From assembly GCA_017451625.1 (NCBI GenBank), contig JAFTNY010000004.1:2877-66876 (forward strand): DNA of 64,000 nucleotides. Reading direction: 5' to 3'. Positions 19,154 to 28,709 of this stretch are shown here, in pieces. Numbering within the stretch: position 1 is the stretch's first letter; every line of letters starts with the position of its first letter. The notes under the pieces were generated by a model. It did not search any database. It saw only the letters and a list, made by a program, of their open reading frames with translations, and had not been told where the DNA came from. This DNA comes from Alphaproteobacteria bacterium. GTDB lineage: Bacteria > Pseudomonadota > Alphaproteobacteria > Rs-D84. Made by a program: the position numbers and the translations under genes.

Positions 19154-20434
19154 TTAGTGGTGTTTGCCACCGATTTTTGTGCGGCCACCCATCAGTGGTT
19201 GTAATTTCTTTGGAATATTTACAGAACCATCTGGGTTTTGGTGGTTTTCAATTACCGGTACAATCGCGCGGGGCAGGGCGATGCCTGTGTTATTCAATGT
19301 GGCGCAGAATTGTAATGTGCCGTCATGCGCACGATAGCGCGTGTTGGTGCGACGGGCTTGGAATTGACCAATCGATGAGCATGACCCCAGTTCGCGATAG
19401 GTGCCTTCGCTGGGGAACCATGCTTCGACATCGTGCATTTTGACTTTGTTAAAGCCCATGTCGCCGGTACATGCCGCGATGACGCGATATGGTAATTCCA
19501 GATCTTCCATTACTTCGCACAGGTTGTTCAATAAATGTTCATGCATTTCGTCAGATTGTTCAGGTGTGCAGAAGATGTATTGTTCAACCTTGTTAAATTG
19601 ATGTATACGAACGATTCCGCGGGTGTCGCGACCGGCGGCACCGGCTTCTTTGCGGAAACATGGTGAATAACCTGCGTATTTGATTGGCAGGTCTTTTTCG
19701 TTTAAAACTTCGTCGCTGTGCAGTGAATTTAAGATGATTTCAGCGGTGCCGGCCAGACAGCGGTCTGTGTCGGTCAGCATGAATACGTCGTTATTCATGA
19801 CAGACAAATCGGAACCCATAAAATGGCCTGCGTTGAATATGGTTTGTGGTTTGGTTATCGATGGGCAGTTTACAAATGTAAAGCCCTTGGACATCAGTTT
19901 TTGTAAAACATATGTCTGAATAGCCAGTTCCAGTTCGGCGGCTTCGCCAAACAGGGCATAGGTGCGTGTTCCACAAATGCCGGCAATCTTTTCTGGGTGC
20001 CACCAGCCGTTCATTTCCAGCAGATCCCATTGGGCGCGTGGTGTAAAGTCAAATTCACGTGGGGTGCCGATGCGACGTACCTCGACATTTTCAGTGTCGT
20101 CGCGACCGATTGGTGCATCGTTTGATGGAATTTGTGGTACGCGGTGCAGCAAATCGTTTAATTGTGCCTCTTTATCGGCCAGTTCGTCCATGTCGGCCGC
20201 GATTTCAGCCCCGATTTCACGTGAACGTGCGATCAAAGGGGCCTTGTCTGTGGCGGTCGGGATTTCACGTGTGATTTTGTTCTTTTCAGCTGTTTTGGAT
20301 TGGGTGATTGTTTTCAATTCGCGGACACGTACGTCCAGTGCCAGAATTTGGTCGGTAAAGTCTTCGAAACCCTTTAATTGGCAGGCGCGTTTAACGGTGT
20401 CTGGATTTTCACGAATAAATTTTATATCCAACAT
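19154..20434 (-). CDS. serS: serine--tRNA ligase
   Basis: MLDIKFIRENPD start, coiled-coil arm and class II core motifs. Confidence 0.96.
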   Translation of the reverse strand: MLDIKFIRENPDTVKRACQLKGFEDFTDQILALDVRVRELKTITQSKTAEKNKITREIPTATDKAPLIARSREIGAEIAADMDELADKEAQLNDLLHRVPQIPSNDAPIGRDDTENVEVRRIGTPREFDFTPRAQWDLLEMNGWWHPEKIAGICGTRTYALFGEAAELELAIQTYVLQKLMSKGFTFVNCPSITKPQTIFNAGHFMGSDLSVMNNDVFMLTDTDRCLAGTAEIILNSLHSDEVLNEKDLPIKYAGYSPCFRKEAGAAGRDTRGIVRIHQFNKVEQYIFCTPEQSDEMHEHLLNNLCEVMEDLELPYRVIAACTGDMGFNKVKMHDVEAWFPSEGTYRELGSCSSIGQFQARRTNTRYRAHDGTLQFCATLNNTGIALPRAIVPVIENHQNPDGSVNIPKKLQPLMGGRTKIGGKHH

Positions 20435-20683
20435 ATTGTTTTTCCCTTGGTTATGTTGTGCTTAATGTTATTACGGTGCGATTGGATTCGCAATTATAAA
20501 ATGAAAAAAATGTGTATGATAAACTTATTCCCCAAATGGGGATGATGAATAACTGAAAAATACAAACCCTAGATTCATTGTGTATATATTATAAGACCTT
20601 TTAGGTAAAGATGCAATAATTTCATTTGCGTTGGGTGCGTTTGTTTTGTATGCTGGGGCGCGTAGATTAAGGAAAGGTTTATT

Positions 20684-21586
20684 ATGTATGATGTTATTAT
20701 TTTGGGGTCGGGGCCGGCTGGGCTGACGGCGGCGTTGTATGCGGCACGTGCAAATAAAAAGACGATTGTTCTGGGTGGTGATAAATTAGGCGGACAGACC
20801 GCAGGTATTGCGGTTTTGGAAAATTACCCAGGGTGGGCCGGCAGTGGTTTTGAATTGGCGCAGTTTATGAAAAATCAGGCAGAATCGTTTGGTGCGACTG
20901 TGGAATTTGTGTCTGTGAAAAATATTTCTGGGGATGCGCAAAGCGGATTTGTTGTTGCGTGTGATAATGGCGCAGAATACGTTGGGCGTACAGTTATTAT
21001 TGCCACAGGGGCCAGTCCGCGTAAGTTAGAAATCGAAGGTGCGCGTGAATTTATGGGGCGCGGCGTGTCGTACTGTGCGACGTGTGATGGATTCTTTTAC
21101 AGCGGTAAAACGGTTATCGTTATGGGGGGCGGAAACAGTGCGTTGAATGATGCGCTGTATCTGGCGGATTTGGCCAAGACGGTTAAAATCGTTTATCGCA
21201 AGGGGGCATTTACGCGGGCCGAGGCCGTTTTGCGTGAACGTGTTGCGGCGCGTGATAATATTGAATGCCTGTTTAATACAGATTTGGCAAAAATTGCAGC
21301 CAAACCAGATTCAGAAGATGGCGAACTGATTGTTACCACGACCGATGGGGCAGAAATGGTTGTTGATGGCGTTTTTGTTGCCATTGGACACGAGGCAAAC
21401 ACAGATTTCTTGACCGAAGATATTAAGCGTGATGCGATGGGACGCTTGGCCCCAGATGCATTGCCAGACGGTATGTTTGTTGCCGGTGATGTTCATTCTG
21501 ATATCAAGATGCAGATTGCGACGGCCGTTGGAACGGGGTGTACGGCGGGGATGGACGCAATTGCATTTTTGAATAAGCAACAGTAA
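20684..21586 (+). CDS. trxB: thioredoxin-disulfide reductase
   Basis: YDVIILGSGPAGLTAALYAAR, redox-active CATCDG and GGGNSA motifs. Confidence 0.95.
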   Translation: MYDVIILGSGPAGLTAALYAARANKKTIVLGGDKLGGQTAGIAVLENYPGWAGSGFELAQFMKNQAESFGATVEFVSVKNISGDAQSGFVVACDNGAEYVGRTVIIATGASPRKLEIEGAREFMGRGVSYCATCDGFFYSGKTVIVMGGGNSALNDALYLADLAKTVKIVYRKGAFTRAEAVLRERVAARDNIECLFNTDLAKIAAKPDSEDGELIVTTTDGAEMVVDGVFVAIGHEANTDFLTEDIKRDAMGRLAPDALPDGMFVAGDVHSDIKMQIATAVGTGCTAGMDAIAFLNKQQ

Positions 21587-21700
21587 ATGCCAATCGGTTC
21601 ATCTGTGGCGGTTTTGGCAAGTTTATGTAGCAGGATGTACACTGCACTTGCCAAAACCGCCATGTTTGATACAACAGTTCAATTATTCTAAATTTTGTAT
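21586..21700 (+). repeat. MITE/REP-like palindromic element, locus 3 (degenerate arms, gamma-type stem)
   Basis: A perfect 16-bp stem (21607-21622 with 21646-21661) surrounds the centre ttatgtagcaggatgtacactgc. Located between convergent trxB and the J-domain gene. Confidence 0.7.
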
Positions 21701-22204
21701 TTATTTTTTTCCAAAATGTTTTTTTAGAATCTCGTATGCGGTGGAAATGCGTGCAAATTCTGTGGCGGCATTTTTCTTGTCGGTGGCGGTGTCGGGGTGG
21801 TATTTTTTCGCCATTGCGCGGTATTTTACACCGACTTCGCGCCATGTGGCAGATATGCCAAGGTCAAATACTTTCAAGGCCGAAACAACGTTTGTTGGTA
21901 ATTTGCTTTTCGCAGGCATTTTGTCGAACCGACTGCGACCAGTGATAAAGTCGTTGATGAACTTGGCGTAATCGGCGGCATCTGACTGGGCGGTGTCTTT
22001 ATCTTTTAATGGTGTGCCAAATGTCTGACGTTCCCAGTCGGCTTCGATTTCTTCGGGGGTCATATTGGCGTAAAAGTTCCAATTTTTGTTATATTCCGCC
22101 GCGTGTTCTTGGCAGAAAAACCAGTATTCTTTCAGGTCGCGGGTTTTGGGGGCGCGGCATGTGCCGGCCTTGGTGCAACCCACATGGTCGCATTTTTTTA
22201 TCAT
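21701..22204 (-). CDS. J-domain protein with N-terminal Cys/His-rich region
   Basis: C-terminal KYRAMAKKYHPDTA...FARISTAYEILK (HPD motif). N-terminal CDHVGC...FCQEH. Confidence 0.75.
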   Translation of the reverse strand: MIKKCDHVGCTKAGTCRAPKTRDLKEYWFFCQEHAAEYNKNWNFYANMTPEEIEADWERQTFGTPLKDKDTAQSDAADYAKFINDFITGRSRFDKMPAKSKLPTNVVSALKVFDLGISATWREVGVKYRAMAKKYHPDTATDKKNAATEFARISTAYEILKKHFGKK

Positions 22205-22206
22205 TG

Positions 22207-23064
22207 TTATTTGCCTTTGTTGTTTGCCAATGGGTGATGCATTACGGTTTCTTGTAATTTTTGTGGCATCACATGGGTATAGATTTGGGTCGTTGATATG
22301 TCTTCGTGTCCCAACATTGTTTGAATCGCGCGCAGGTTTGCACCACCGGCCAACAGGTGGGATGCAAATGAATGACGCAGGACGTGCGGACTGACCCGCG
22401 ATGGGTCAATGCCCGCCAGAACGGCACATTTTTTTAATATCTTGAAAAAGCCGTCGCGGGTTATGTGGCCGGTTTTGCCGCCAGACGGAAATACGTATTT
22501 TGACGGATTGTCGCCACGTATGCTTAACCATTTGTTCAGGGCACTGATGGCCGCGTCGTGCATGGGGACGATGCGTTCTTTGGCCCCTTTGCCATGGATT
22601 AGTAATTTGTCGCCCAAGATGCCACTGGTGGGCAGTTCGCACAGTTCAGATACACGCAGGCCAGATGCGTACAGCAGTTCAATCATTGCGCGCAGGCGGG
22701 TCGATGTTTTGATGTCGCCGGCACTGGAAATCAACAGTTCAATTTCGTCAATAGACAGGAATTTAGGCAGGGCGCGATTGCGCTTGGGTAATTCTAGGTT
22801 CGTGCTGGGGTTTGATGTGATTATTTTTTCCAGCATCAAGAATTTATAAAAGCCACGCAGGGCAGAGGCCTTGCGCGCGATGGATGACGGCTTGTCCGGC
22901 AGGGATGATAAGTAATCTTGCAGGGCGTTATGGTCTGCATTTATCAATCCGCCAGAAATGGCGGCGTTCGCCAAGCGCAGGTCGGATTCATAACTGGCAA
23001 GTGTTTTTGAACTGCAACCTTTTTCGGCGGATAGGGCCTCTAAAAAAATGTCGATATAGTTCAT
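22207..23064 (-). CDS. xerD: site-specific tyrosine recombinase XerD (XerC/XerD family)
   Basis: FLEALSAEKGCSSKTLASYESDLR, HVLRHSFASHLL and LGHEDISTTQIYTHV motifs. Confidence 0.8.
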   Translation of the reverse strand: MNYIDIFLEALSAEKGCSSKTLASYESDLRLANAAISGGLINADHNALQDYLSSLPDKPSSIARKASALRGFYKFLMLEKIITSNPSTNLELPKRNRALPKFLSIDEIELLISSAGDIKTSTRLRAMIELLYASGLRVSELCELPTSGILGDKLLIHGKGAKERIVPMHDAAISALNKWLSIRGDNPSKYVFPSGGKTGHITRDGFFKILKKCAVLAGIDPSRVSPHVLRHSFASHLLAGGANLRAIQTMLGHEDISTTQIYTHVMPQKLQETVMHHPLANNKGK

Positions 23065-23195
23065 GGATACAAAACAATTTCAGTTAGGTGTTGCGGCGCG
23101 GAAAATGATATTACCATCAAGATTATCAGTACGATAATCAGCAACAAAATCAGTATCTTTGGAAATTTTGAATTTTTCTTTTTTTTGATTGGCAT
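23061..23195 (-). CDS. possible 44-aa small membrane protein (not in the ORF track)
   Basis: MPIKKKKNSKFPKILILLLIIVLIILMVISFSAPQHLTEIVLYP. Its stop codon overlaps the xerD ATG (ATGA). Confidence 0.3.
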   Translation of the reverse strand: MPIKKKKNSKFPKILILLLIIVLIILMVISFSAPQHLTEIVLYP

Positions 23196-23224
23196 TTTGT
23201 TTTTCTTTCTGTTTCCTGTGGTGA

Positions 23225-24283
23225 TTAAATGGTATCAAAACTGGTGATAAATATACCAGCGCCGGCGATTATAATTAACGGTGGCGCAATGATAGATAGC
23301 ATTGGTGGCAGGGTACCGGTCGCCCCCAAGGCGTTAAACATGTTTACCAAGAAATATACCGCAAAGCAGGTGATTATGCCCAGACTGAATTTAATGCCAA
23401 AACTGTAGTTGCGGCGTTGTTTTGTCTGGGAAAAGGCGACCCCCAATGTTGCCATTGCAATCATTGTCAGTGGTAAAAACAGCAGTGTCCATAACTGAAC
23501 ACGATGTCCGCGGACAGGGGCGCCGATGGATTCCATTCGGTGGATAAAGTTCGGCAATTCCCAGAATGATATTTGATCAGGTTGCAGATAGCGGTCCAGA
23601 ACAGTTTGTGGGGTTAGCAGGGTTTGTGCCTCCCATGGGCCGGTCTGTGTTGTGCCGTCGGCGTACCATGTGGTGGCCTTGTGCGCGGACAGGCCCGAGT
23701 CTGACAGGGTGATTGTGTCGGCATGAACACGTGTTGTCAGTTTAAAGTTTGGCAGTTGTGTGTAAACAGTTGCGTTTTCAAAGATTAGGATGTCGCCAGA
23801 TTTATGCATGCCGCGTGCGTTCATGGTGATGTATCCGTTGTCGGATTCTTCGCGCAGCCATATTGTATTGTCAATTAATTGCAGATGATCGGGTGTTATG
23901 TTGTCAGAACTGATTTTTACCGAATATGGGTTTATTACCGTTGTGGCAAAGACACCAATCAAGAATGCGCAAATTAAAAATGGGCGCGATGATTGATAGG
24001 GCGACAGGCCTGCGCTGGATACAATAATACTCTCGCTGGATTTGGTCAGGTTGTACGATGTCAGCAATGTCCCCATAAAGACCGCCAATGGCAAGAACAG
24101 TGGGACGTATTCCAGCAGACGTACCCATGATTCATACAGGGCATCAAATGCCGTCGGGTTCGATGGCAGGCGTTCGACAAATGTCACCGCCAAAATAATG
24201 CCACATACGACCAACATAACAAGGCCGACGCCGGAAAAAAAGCGGCGCATTAAAAATCTGGTTAAGATATTTATCCTGAACAT
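23225..24283 (-). CDS. LptF/LptG family LPS export permease
   Basis: MFRINILTRFLMRRFF start and six hydrophobic segments with a large periplasmic loop. The start is approximate; the track extends to 24313. Confidence 0.75.
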   Translation of the reverse strand: MFRINILTRFLMRRFFSGVGLVMLVVCGIILAVTFVERLPSNPTAFDALYESWVRLLEYVPLFLPLAVFMGTLLTSYNLTKSSESIIVSSAGLSPYQSSRPFLICAFLIGVFATTVINPYSVKISSDNITPDHLQLIDNTIWLREESDNGYITMNARGMHKSGDILIFENATVYTQLPNFKLTTRVHADTITLSDSGLSAHKATTWYADGTTQTGPWEAQTLLTPQTVLDRYLQPDQISFWELPNFIHRMESIGAPVRGHRVQLWTLLFLPLTMIAMATLGVAFSQTKQRRNYSFGIKFSLGIITCFAVYFLVNMFNALGATGTLPPMLSIIAPPLIIIAGAGIFITSFDTI

Positions 24284-24373
24284 ATTATGTATACTATAAC
24301 GTGATAAATTCATAATTGCAAAATTAAAATGAATGCGTATAATTTGCCAGATAAAATAGATAGGAAAAATGTT

Positions 24374-24844
24374 ATGGAAAAAAAACCAATTTCACGTGCG
24401 GGGTTTGATAACCTGTTGAAAGAATTGAAGGATTTAAAGGAAAATCAGCGGCCTGAAATTTTGAAGACTGTCCAGTGGGCGCGGTCGTTGGGGGATTTGT
24501 CTGAAAATGCAGATTATAGTGCAGCCAAAGAAAAACAACGTCAAATTGATGCGCGTATTCGATTTATCGAAGGGGTTATTGAAAACGCAGCAGTGATTGA
24601 TGTGGAATCGTTGACTGGGAATCGGGTGGTCTTTGGGGCGCGCGTTGTTGCAGAAGACGAAGATGGAAATAAGATGCAGTGTCGAATCTTGTCTGATATT
24701 GAATCAGATGGGCGGACGGTGATTTCATGTACGTCGCCGGTGGGACGTGCCATGATTGGACGGTGTGTGGGGGATACCTGTATTGTAAAGTTGCCCAGTG
24801 GTGAAAAGGAATATGAAATTTTAGAAGTTAAATTTAAAGAGTAG
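24374..24844 (+). CDS. greA: transcription elongation factor GreA
   Basis: MEKKPISRAGFDNLLKELKDLK...DLSENADYSAAKE. AGGAAAA Shine-Dalgarno sequence upstream. Confidence 0.93.
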   Translation: MEKKPISRAGFDNLLKELKDLKENQRPEILKTVQWARSLGDLSENADYSAAKEKQRQIDARIRFIEGVIENAAVIDVESLTGNRVVFGARVVAEDEDGNKMQCRILSDIESDGRTVISCTSPVGRAMIGRCVGDTCIVKLPSGEKEYEILEVKFKE

Positions 24845-24859
24845 GGGGATTCTTGTCGA

Positions 24860-26614
24860 ATGGTTGTTCGCGTTCTGCCGGATTTTCTGATTAACCAAAT
24901 CGCCGCCGGTGAAGTGGTAGAGAGGCCCGCCAGTGTGGTAAAAGAGTTGGTGGAAAATGCGCTGGATGCGGGCGCAGACCAGATTATGGTCGATGTTGTT
25001 GATGGTGGACGGACGCTGATTAGTATTATTGATAATGGGTGCGGGATGGGGCGTGATGATTTGGCGCGTGCAATTACGCGACATGCGACATCCAAGTTGC
25101 CCGATGATGATTTGCTGAATATTAATTTTATGGGATTTCGTGGCGAGGCATTACCGTCGATTGCGTCTGTGTCTGATATGACGATTGATACGTGTAATGG
25201 GGCGGATGAAAATGGGTGGCAGATTGATGCAACAACCGGTGAAATTCGGCCGTCTGATTGGGAAAGTGGGACGCGAATTCGGGTGGCGAATTTGTTTGCC
25301 AAGACACCTGCACGATTAAAGTTTTTGCGTGGCGACAGGGCAGAAATGATGTCTGTTTTGGATGTGGTCAAGCGGTTGGCAATGGCGCGTTCGGATGTTG
25401 GGTTTGTGCTGAATAACAAGTGGCGATTTACAAAAAATGAAGAACTGATGGAACGTATCGCCGCCGTTATGGGTGATGATGTTCGGGGGCGGATGTTGGA
25501 TGTAGATGTGGAATCCAAATCGTCTGTTGGGATGCGGTTGACGGGATTTATTTCTGAACCGACATTGCGACGCGCATCATCGGTGGATCAATATCTGTTT
25601 GTTAATGGTCGACCGGTCAAGGACAAGGTTTTGGTTGGGGCGTTGCGTGCGGCATATATGGATGTGATGCATGCGCGTGAATTTCCATTGTGTGCGCTGT
25701 ATCTGACATTGCCGACGAATGCGGTTGATGTAAATGTGTCGCCGGCCAAGACCGAAGTGCATTTCTTGGAACCAAATCATGTGCGGTCGTTTATTATCAA
25801 GGCGTTGCGCGACAGATTATCGCAGACAATGGTTCAGGCACCTGTGGTGGCGCGCCCAGTGGCGGATTTGGCGGCACCGACTGTGCGGTGGACACCATCA
25901 GAACGTGTGGGTGCGGAACCGGTAAAGTTTGATTTTGGAATACGGCGCGAAGCGTTTCAGGTGCGCGATGATATTGTACGGCCGGTTATGCCGCAATCCA
26001 ATAATGCGGCGGCGGTGGATGTAAATATTGATAATACGGTGCATGTTGATTTACCGTTGGGGCGTGTTGTGGGACAGGTTGGTAATAAATACATCATTGC
26101 ACAGAAAGATGACAATATGATAATTGTAGACCAGCATGCCGCGCATGAACGGATTACGTATGAAAAACTGCGCAATAATAAAATTAAAACCCAGCCGTTG
26201 TTGACACCGATTGTTGTAAATTTGCGTGATGCGGATGTGATGGCGATTGTGTCGATTGTGGATGATTTAAAGAAATCTGGGCTGCACGTTGATGCGTTTG
26301 GTGAAGGCGCGGTTGCAATCTTTGAAAAGCCGGCAGATTGGGATATGGACTGGGGTGATGTGCTGCGCGCCATCGCGGACGAGGTTCGTGTAAATGGACA
26401 TTCGTCGCAGTTGAATGAACGGTTGCATTTGAAATTGGCAAACTATGCGTGTCATCATTCTGTGCGGGCAGGGCAAAAGTTAGATTTGGCCCAGATGGAT
26501 GCATTGCTGCGTGATATTGAGCGGACAGAACGTGCCGGTCAGTGTAATCATGGACGGCCGGTGTACAAGGTTATTCCAATGACCGAAATTGATACTTGGT
26601 TTGAACGGTTATAA
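24860..26614 (+). CDS. mutL: DNA mismatch repair endonuclease MutL
   Basis: LINQIAAGEVVERPASVVKELVENALDAGA. C-terminal region with DQHAAHERI. Confidence 0.95.
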   Translation: MVVRVLPDFLINQIAAGEVVERPASVVKELVENALDAGADQIMVDVVDGGRTLISIIDNGCGMGRDDLARAITRHATSKLPDDDLLNINFMGFRGEALPSIASVSDMTIDTCNGADENGWQIDATTGEIRPSDWESGTRIRVANLFAKTPARLKFLRGDRAEMMSVLDVVKRLAMARSDVGFVLNNKWRFTKNEELMERIAAVMGDDVRGRMLDVDVESKSSVGMRLTGFISEPTLRRASSVDQYLFVNGRPVKDKVLVGALRAAYMDVMHAREFPLCALYLTLPTNAVDVNVSPAKTEVHFLEPNHVRSFIIKALRDRLSQTMVQAPVVARPVADLAAPTVRWTPSERVGAEPVKFDFGIRREAFQVRDDIVRPVMPQSNNAAAVDVNIDNTVHVDLPLGRVVGQVGNKYIIAQKDDNMIIVDQHAAHERITYEKLRNNKIKTQPLLTPIVVNLRDADVMAIVSIVDDLKKSGLHVDAFGEGAVAIFEKPADWDMDWGDVLRAIADEVRVNGHSSQLNERLHLKLANYACHHSVRAGQKLDLAQMDALLRDIERTERAGQCNHGRPVYKVIPMTEIDTWFERL

Positions 26615-26616
26615 AA

Positions 26617-26640
26617 ATCCCCCCCAGTTGGGGGATTTTT
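26617..26640 (+). terminator. intrinsic terminator after mutL
   Basis: ATCCCCC-CAGTT-GGGGGAT hairpin followed by TTTT. Confidence 0.7.
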
Positions 26641-26797
26641 ATGAGTGTCCATGATTTTGCAGTTGTAATATAGCATCCGGTTGCATTATTGATAATTTTT
26701 CGCAATGTGTTTTTGTGGGGCTGTGTGAAGTGTATTTTTTCTTTACTTTGTGGGGTTTATTTACTAATGTGCAGGTATTAAAGTAAGGAGAATTTGC

Positions 26798-27115
26798 ATG
26801 GAACAAACAGTTGATGTTGTTGAAAATGTCGTACAGACGGCACCGGCGGCCCCACAAAATGGTTTCTGGGGGATGGTGATGTACTGTGTGGTTGTGTTTG
26901 GGATTATTTACCTGTTTATGGTGCGCCCAAATAAAAAACGTATGGCAGAATATCAGAAAATGCTGGATTCGTTGCAGGTGGGTAATCGTGTAATGGCCGC
27001 AGGTATTTATGGTGTGATTAAAAAAGTTAATGAAAAGACAATAGAAGTTGAAATTGCCAAGGGTGTTGTTGTCGAAGTGAATAAAAACGCGGTGGCATCT
27101 GTGGAAGATAAATAA
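26798..27115 (+). CDS. yajC: preprotein translocase subunit YajC
   Basis: Single TM segment, then MVRPNKKRMAEYQKMLDSLQVGNRVMAAGIYGVI. Confidence 0.9.
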   Translation: MEQTVDVVENVVQTAPAAPQNGFWGMVMYCVVVFGIIYLFMVRPNKKRMAEYQKMLDSLQVGNRVMAAGIYGVIKKVNEKTIEVEIAKGVVVEVNKNAVASVEDK

Positions 27116-27127
27116 AGGGTTGTGGTT

Positions 27128-28690
27128 ATGTTTAAAAAACTGGCGATTGTATTTACGGCTGTGTTTTGTGTGTTGATGGCTGTGCCGACAATGGCGCCGA
27201 ATTTGGCACCTTATTTCCCATCATGGATACAGCCGGTGCCGTTGGGGCTGGATTTGCGTGGTGGCGCACAGTTGTTGTTAGAAGTTGATACGGATACAAT
27301 GTTCCAAGAAAAGGCGGAACAGTTGTATGAAGAAACGCGTTCGTCTTTGATTGACAGAAACAAGGGTGTTATTCGTTTTTCAAATTTGCGTAATCATGAC
27401 GGTGTTGTGTCATTGGTGGTGCGTAATGAAGACGAAGTTAGTGATGCCAAAGGGCGTTTGAAAAGTACGTTTGGTAATACAGTTGATATTGAATCCGATG
27501 GCAAGACGATTACGTTGTCTTATTCTGAAAAGCAGAAAGAAGAGATGGTTCAGGATGCCTTGGCACGCAGTATTGAAATTGTGCGTCGTCGTATTGATGC
27601 ACTGGGGACCAAGGAACCGTCAATTCAAAGTCAGGGCGGTAAATATATTTTGGTACAGTTGCCAGGGGTTGATAATCCAGAACGTATCAAGGAATTGATT
27701 GGCCAGACCGCCAAAATGACATTTCATTTGGTTAATGAATCTGTCAGTGCGGAACAGATTGCATCTGGGCGCGCGCCAAATGGAACGGAATTTTTGCCGT
27801 ATATGGATATGCCAGATCAGAAAGTTCCAGTATATTCACGTGTAGAAGTGTCGGGTGAGTCATTAAAGGATTCGCAGGCAGATTTTGATCAGCATAATAT
27901 GCCGGTGGTGACGACGGCGTTTGATGCGTCTGGGGCGCGTCGCTTTGCCAAGTTGACGACCGAGCATGTAAACGAACGCTTTGCGATTGTTTTGGACGGC
28001 AAGGTTTTATCTGCGCCAGTTATTCGTGAGCCAATTCCAGGGGGACGTGGTCAGATTTCGGGTGGTTTTTCGTTGCAGGGTGCCAAAGACTTGGCGGTTC
28101 TGTTGCGGTCGGGTGCATTGCCGGCACCGTTGCAGGTTATCGAAGAACGTACCGTTGGTGCAGGATTGGGGGCAGATACGATTGCCGGTGGAAAAATCGG
28201 TGCGATTGCCGGCGTGTTGTTTATCTTTATATTCTTGCTGATGGTATATCGCGGTTTTGGTGTGATTGCGGCGATTTCCTTGATGGTGAATTTGGGGATG
28301 ATTGTTGGGTTGACTGCGCTGTTTGGTGCAACACTGACATTGCCAGGGATTGCGGGTATCGTGCTGACGCTGGGGATGGCGGTGGACGCGAATGTGTTGC
28401 CGTTTGAGCGTATTCGTGATGAAGTACGTGCGGGAACACCAACGCTGCGTGCGACAAATCTGGGGTTTGATCGCGCGATGAAGGCGGTTTTGGACGGAAA
28501 CCTGACGACGCTGATTTGTGGTTTGGTGTTGTTCCAGTTCGGTGCCGGCCCAATTCGTGGATTTGCGGTGACATTGTCGATTGGTATTTTAACGACATTG
28601 TTTACGTGTGTATGCCTGACCAAGGTTTTGGTTGATTGGTATATGAACGGGAAAAACAAGAAAATTAGTTTTGTCGGTGGTAGAAAGTAA
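27128..28690 (+). CDS. secD: protein translocase subunit SecD
   Basis: LGLDLRGGAQLLLEVD and a C-terminal 5-TM block. The first ATG was used; the track starts at a GTG at 27122. Confidence 0.93.
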   Translation: MFKKLAIVFTAVFCVLMAVPTMAPNLAPYFPSWIQPVPLGLDLRGGAQLLLEVDTDTMFQEKAEQLYEETRSSLIDRNKGVIRFSNLRNHDGVVSLVVRNEDEVSDAKGRLKSTFGNTVDIESDGKTITLSYSEKQKEEMVQDALARSIEIVRRRIDALGTKEPSIQSQGGKYILVQLPGVDNPERIKELIGQTAKMTFHLVNESVSAEQIASGRAPNGTEFLPYMDMPDQKVPVYSRVEVSGESLKDSQADFDQHNMPVVTTAFDASGARRFAKLTTEHVNERFAIVLDGKVLSAPVIREPIPGGRGQISGGFSLQGAKDLAVLLRSGALPAPLQVIEERTVGAGLGADTIAGGKIGAIAGVLFIFIFLLMVYRGFGVIAAISLMVNLGMIVGLTALFGATLTLPGIAGIVLTLGMAVDANVLPFERIRDEVRAGTPTLRATNLGFDRAMKAVLDGNLTTLICGLVLFQFGAGPIRGFAVTLSIGILTTLFTCVCLTKVLVDWYMNGKNKKISFVGGRK

Positions 28691-28709
28691 AAGTGCAAAG
28701 GGGTTATTG

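Noticed and set aside
22207-23064. The tyrosine recombinase as an integrase marking a mobile island or prophage.
   Set aside because: The sequence has the XerC/XerD-type N-terminal and catalytic motifs and sits among housekeeping genes. I saw no att-like repeats, phage genes or adjacent tRNA.
24541-25518. A 325-aa minus-strand ORF inside mutL. Similar long antisense ORFs occur at 16652-17377 (in typA), 28051-28698 (in secD), 46495-47091 (in lnt), 32094-32606 (in ftsK) and 30176-30652 (in the S41 gene).
   Set aside because: Each lies entirely antisense to a confidently identified conserved gene. Their products are low-complexity (Ser/Thr/Pro/Ile-rich) with no motifs. Long antisense ORFs like these are a typical codon-bias artefact.
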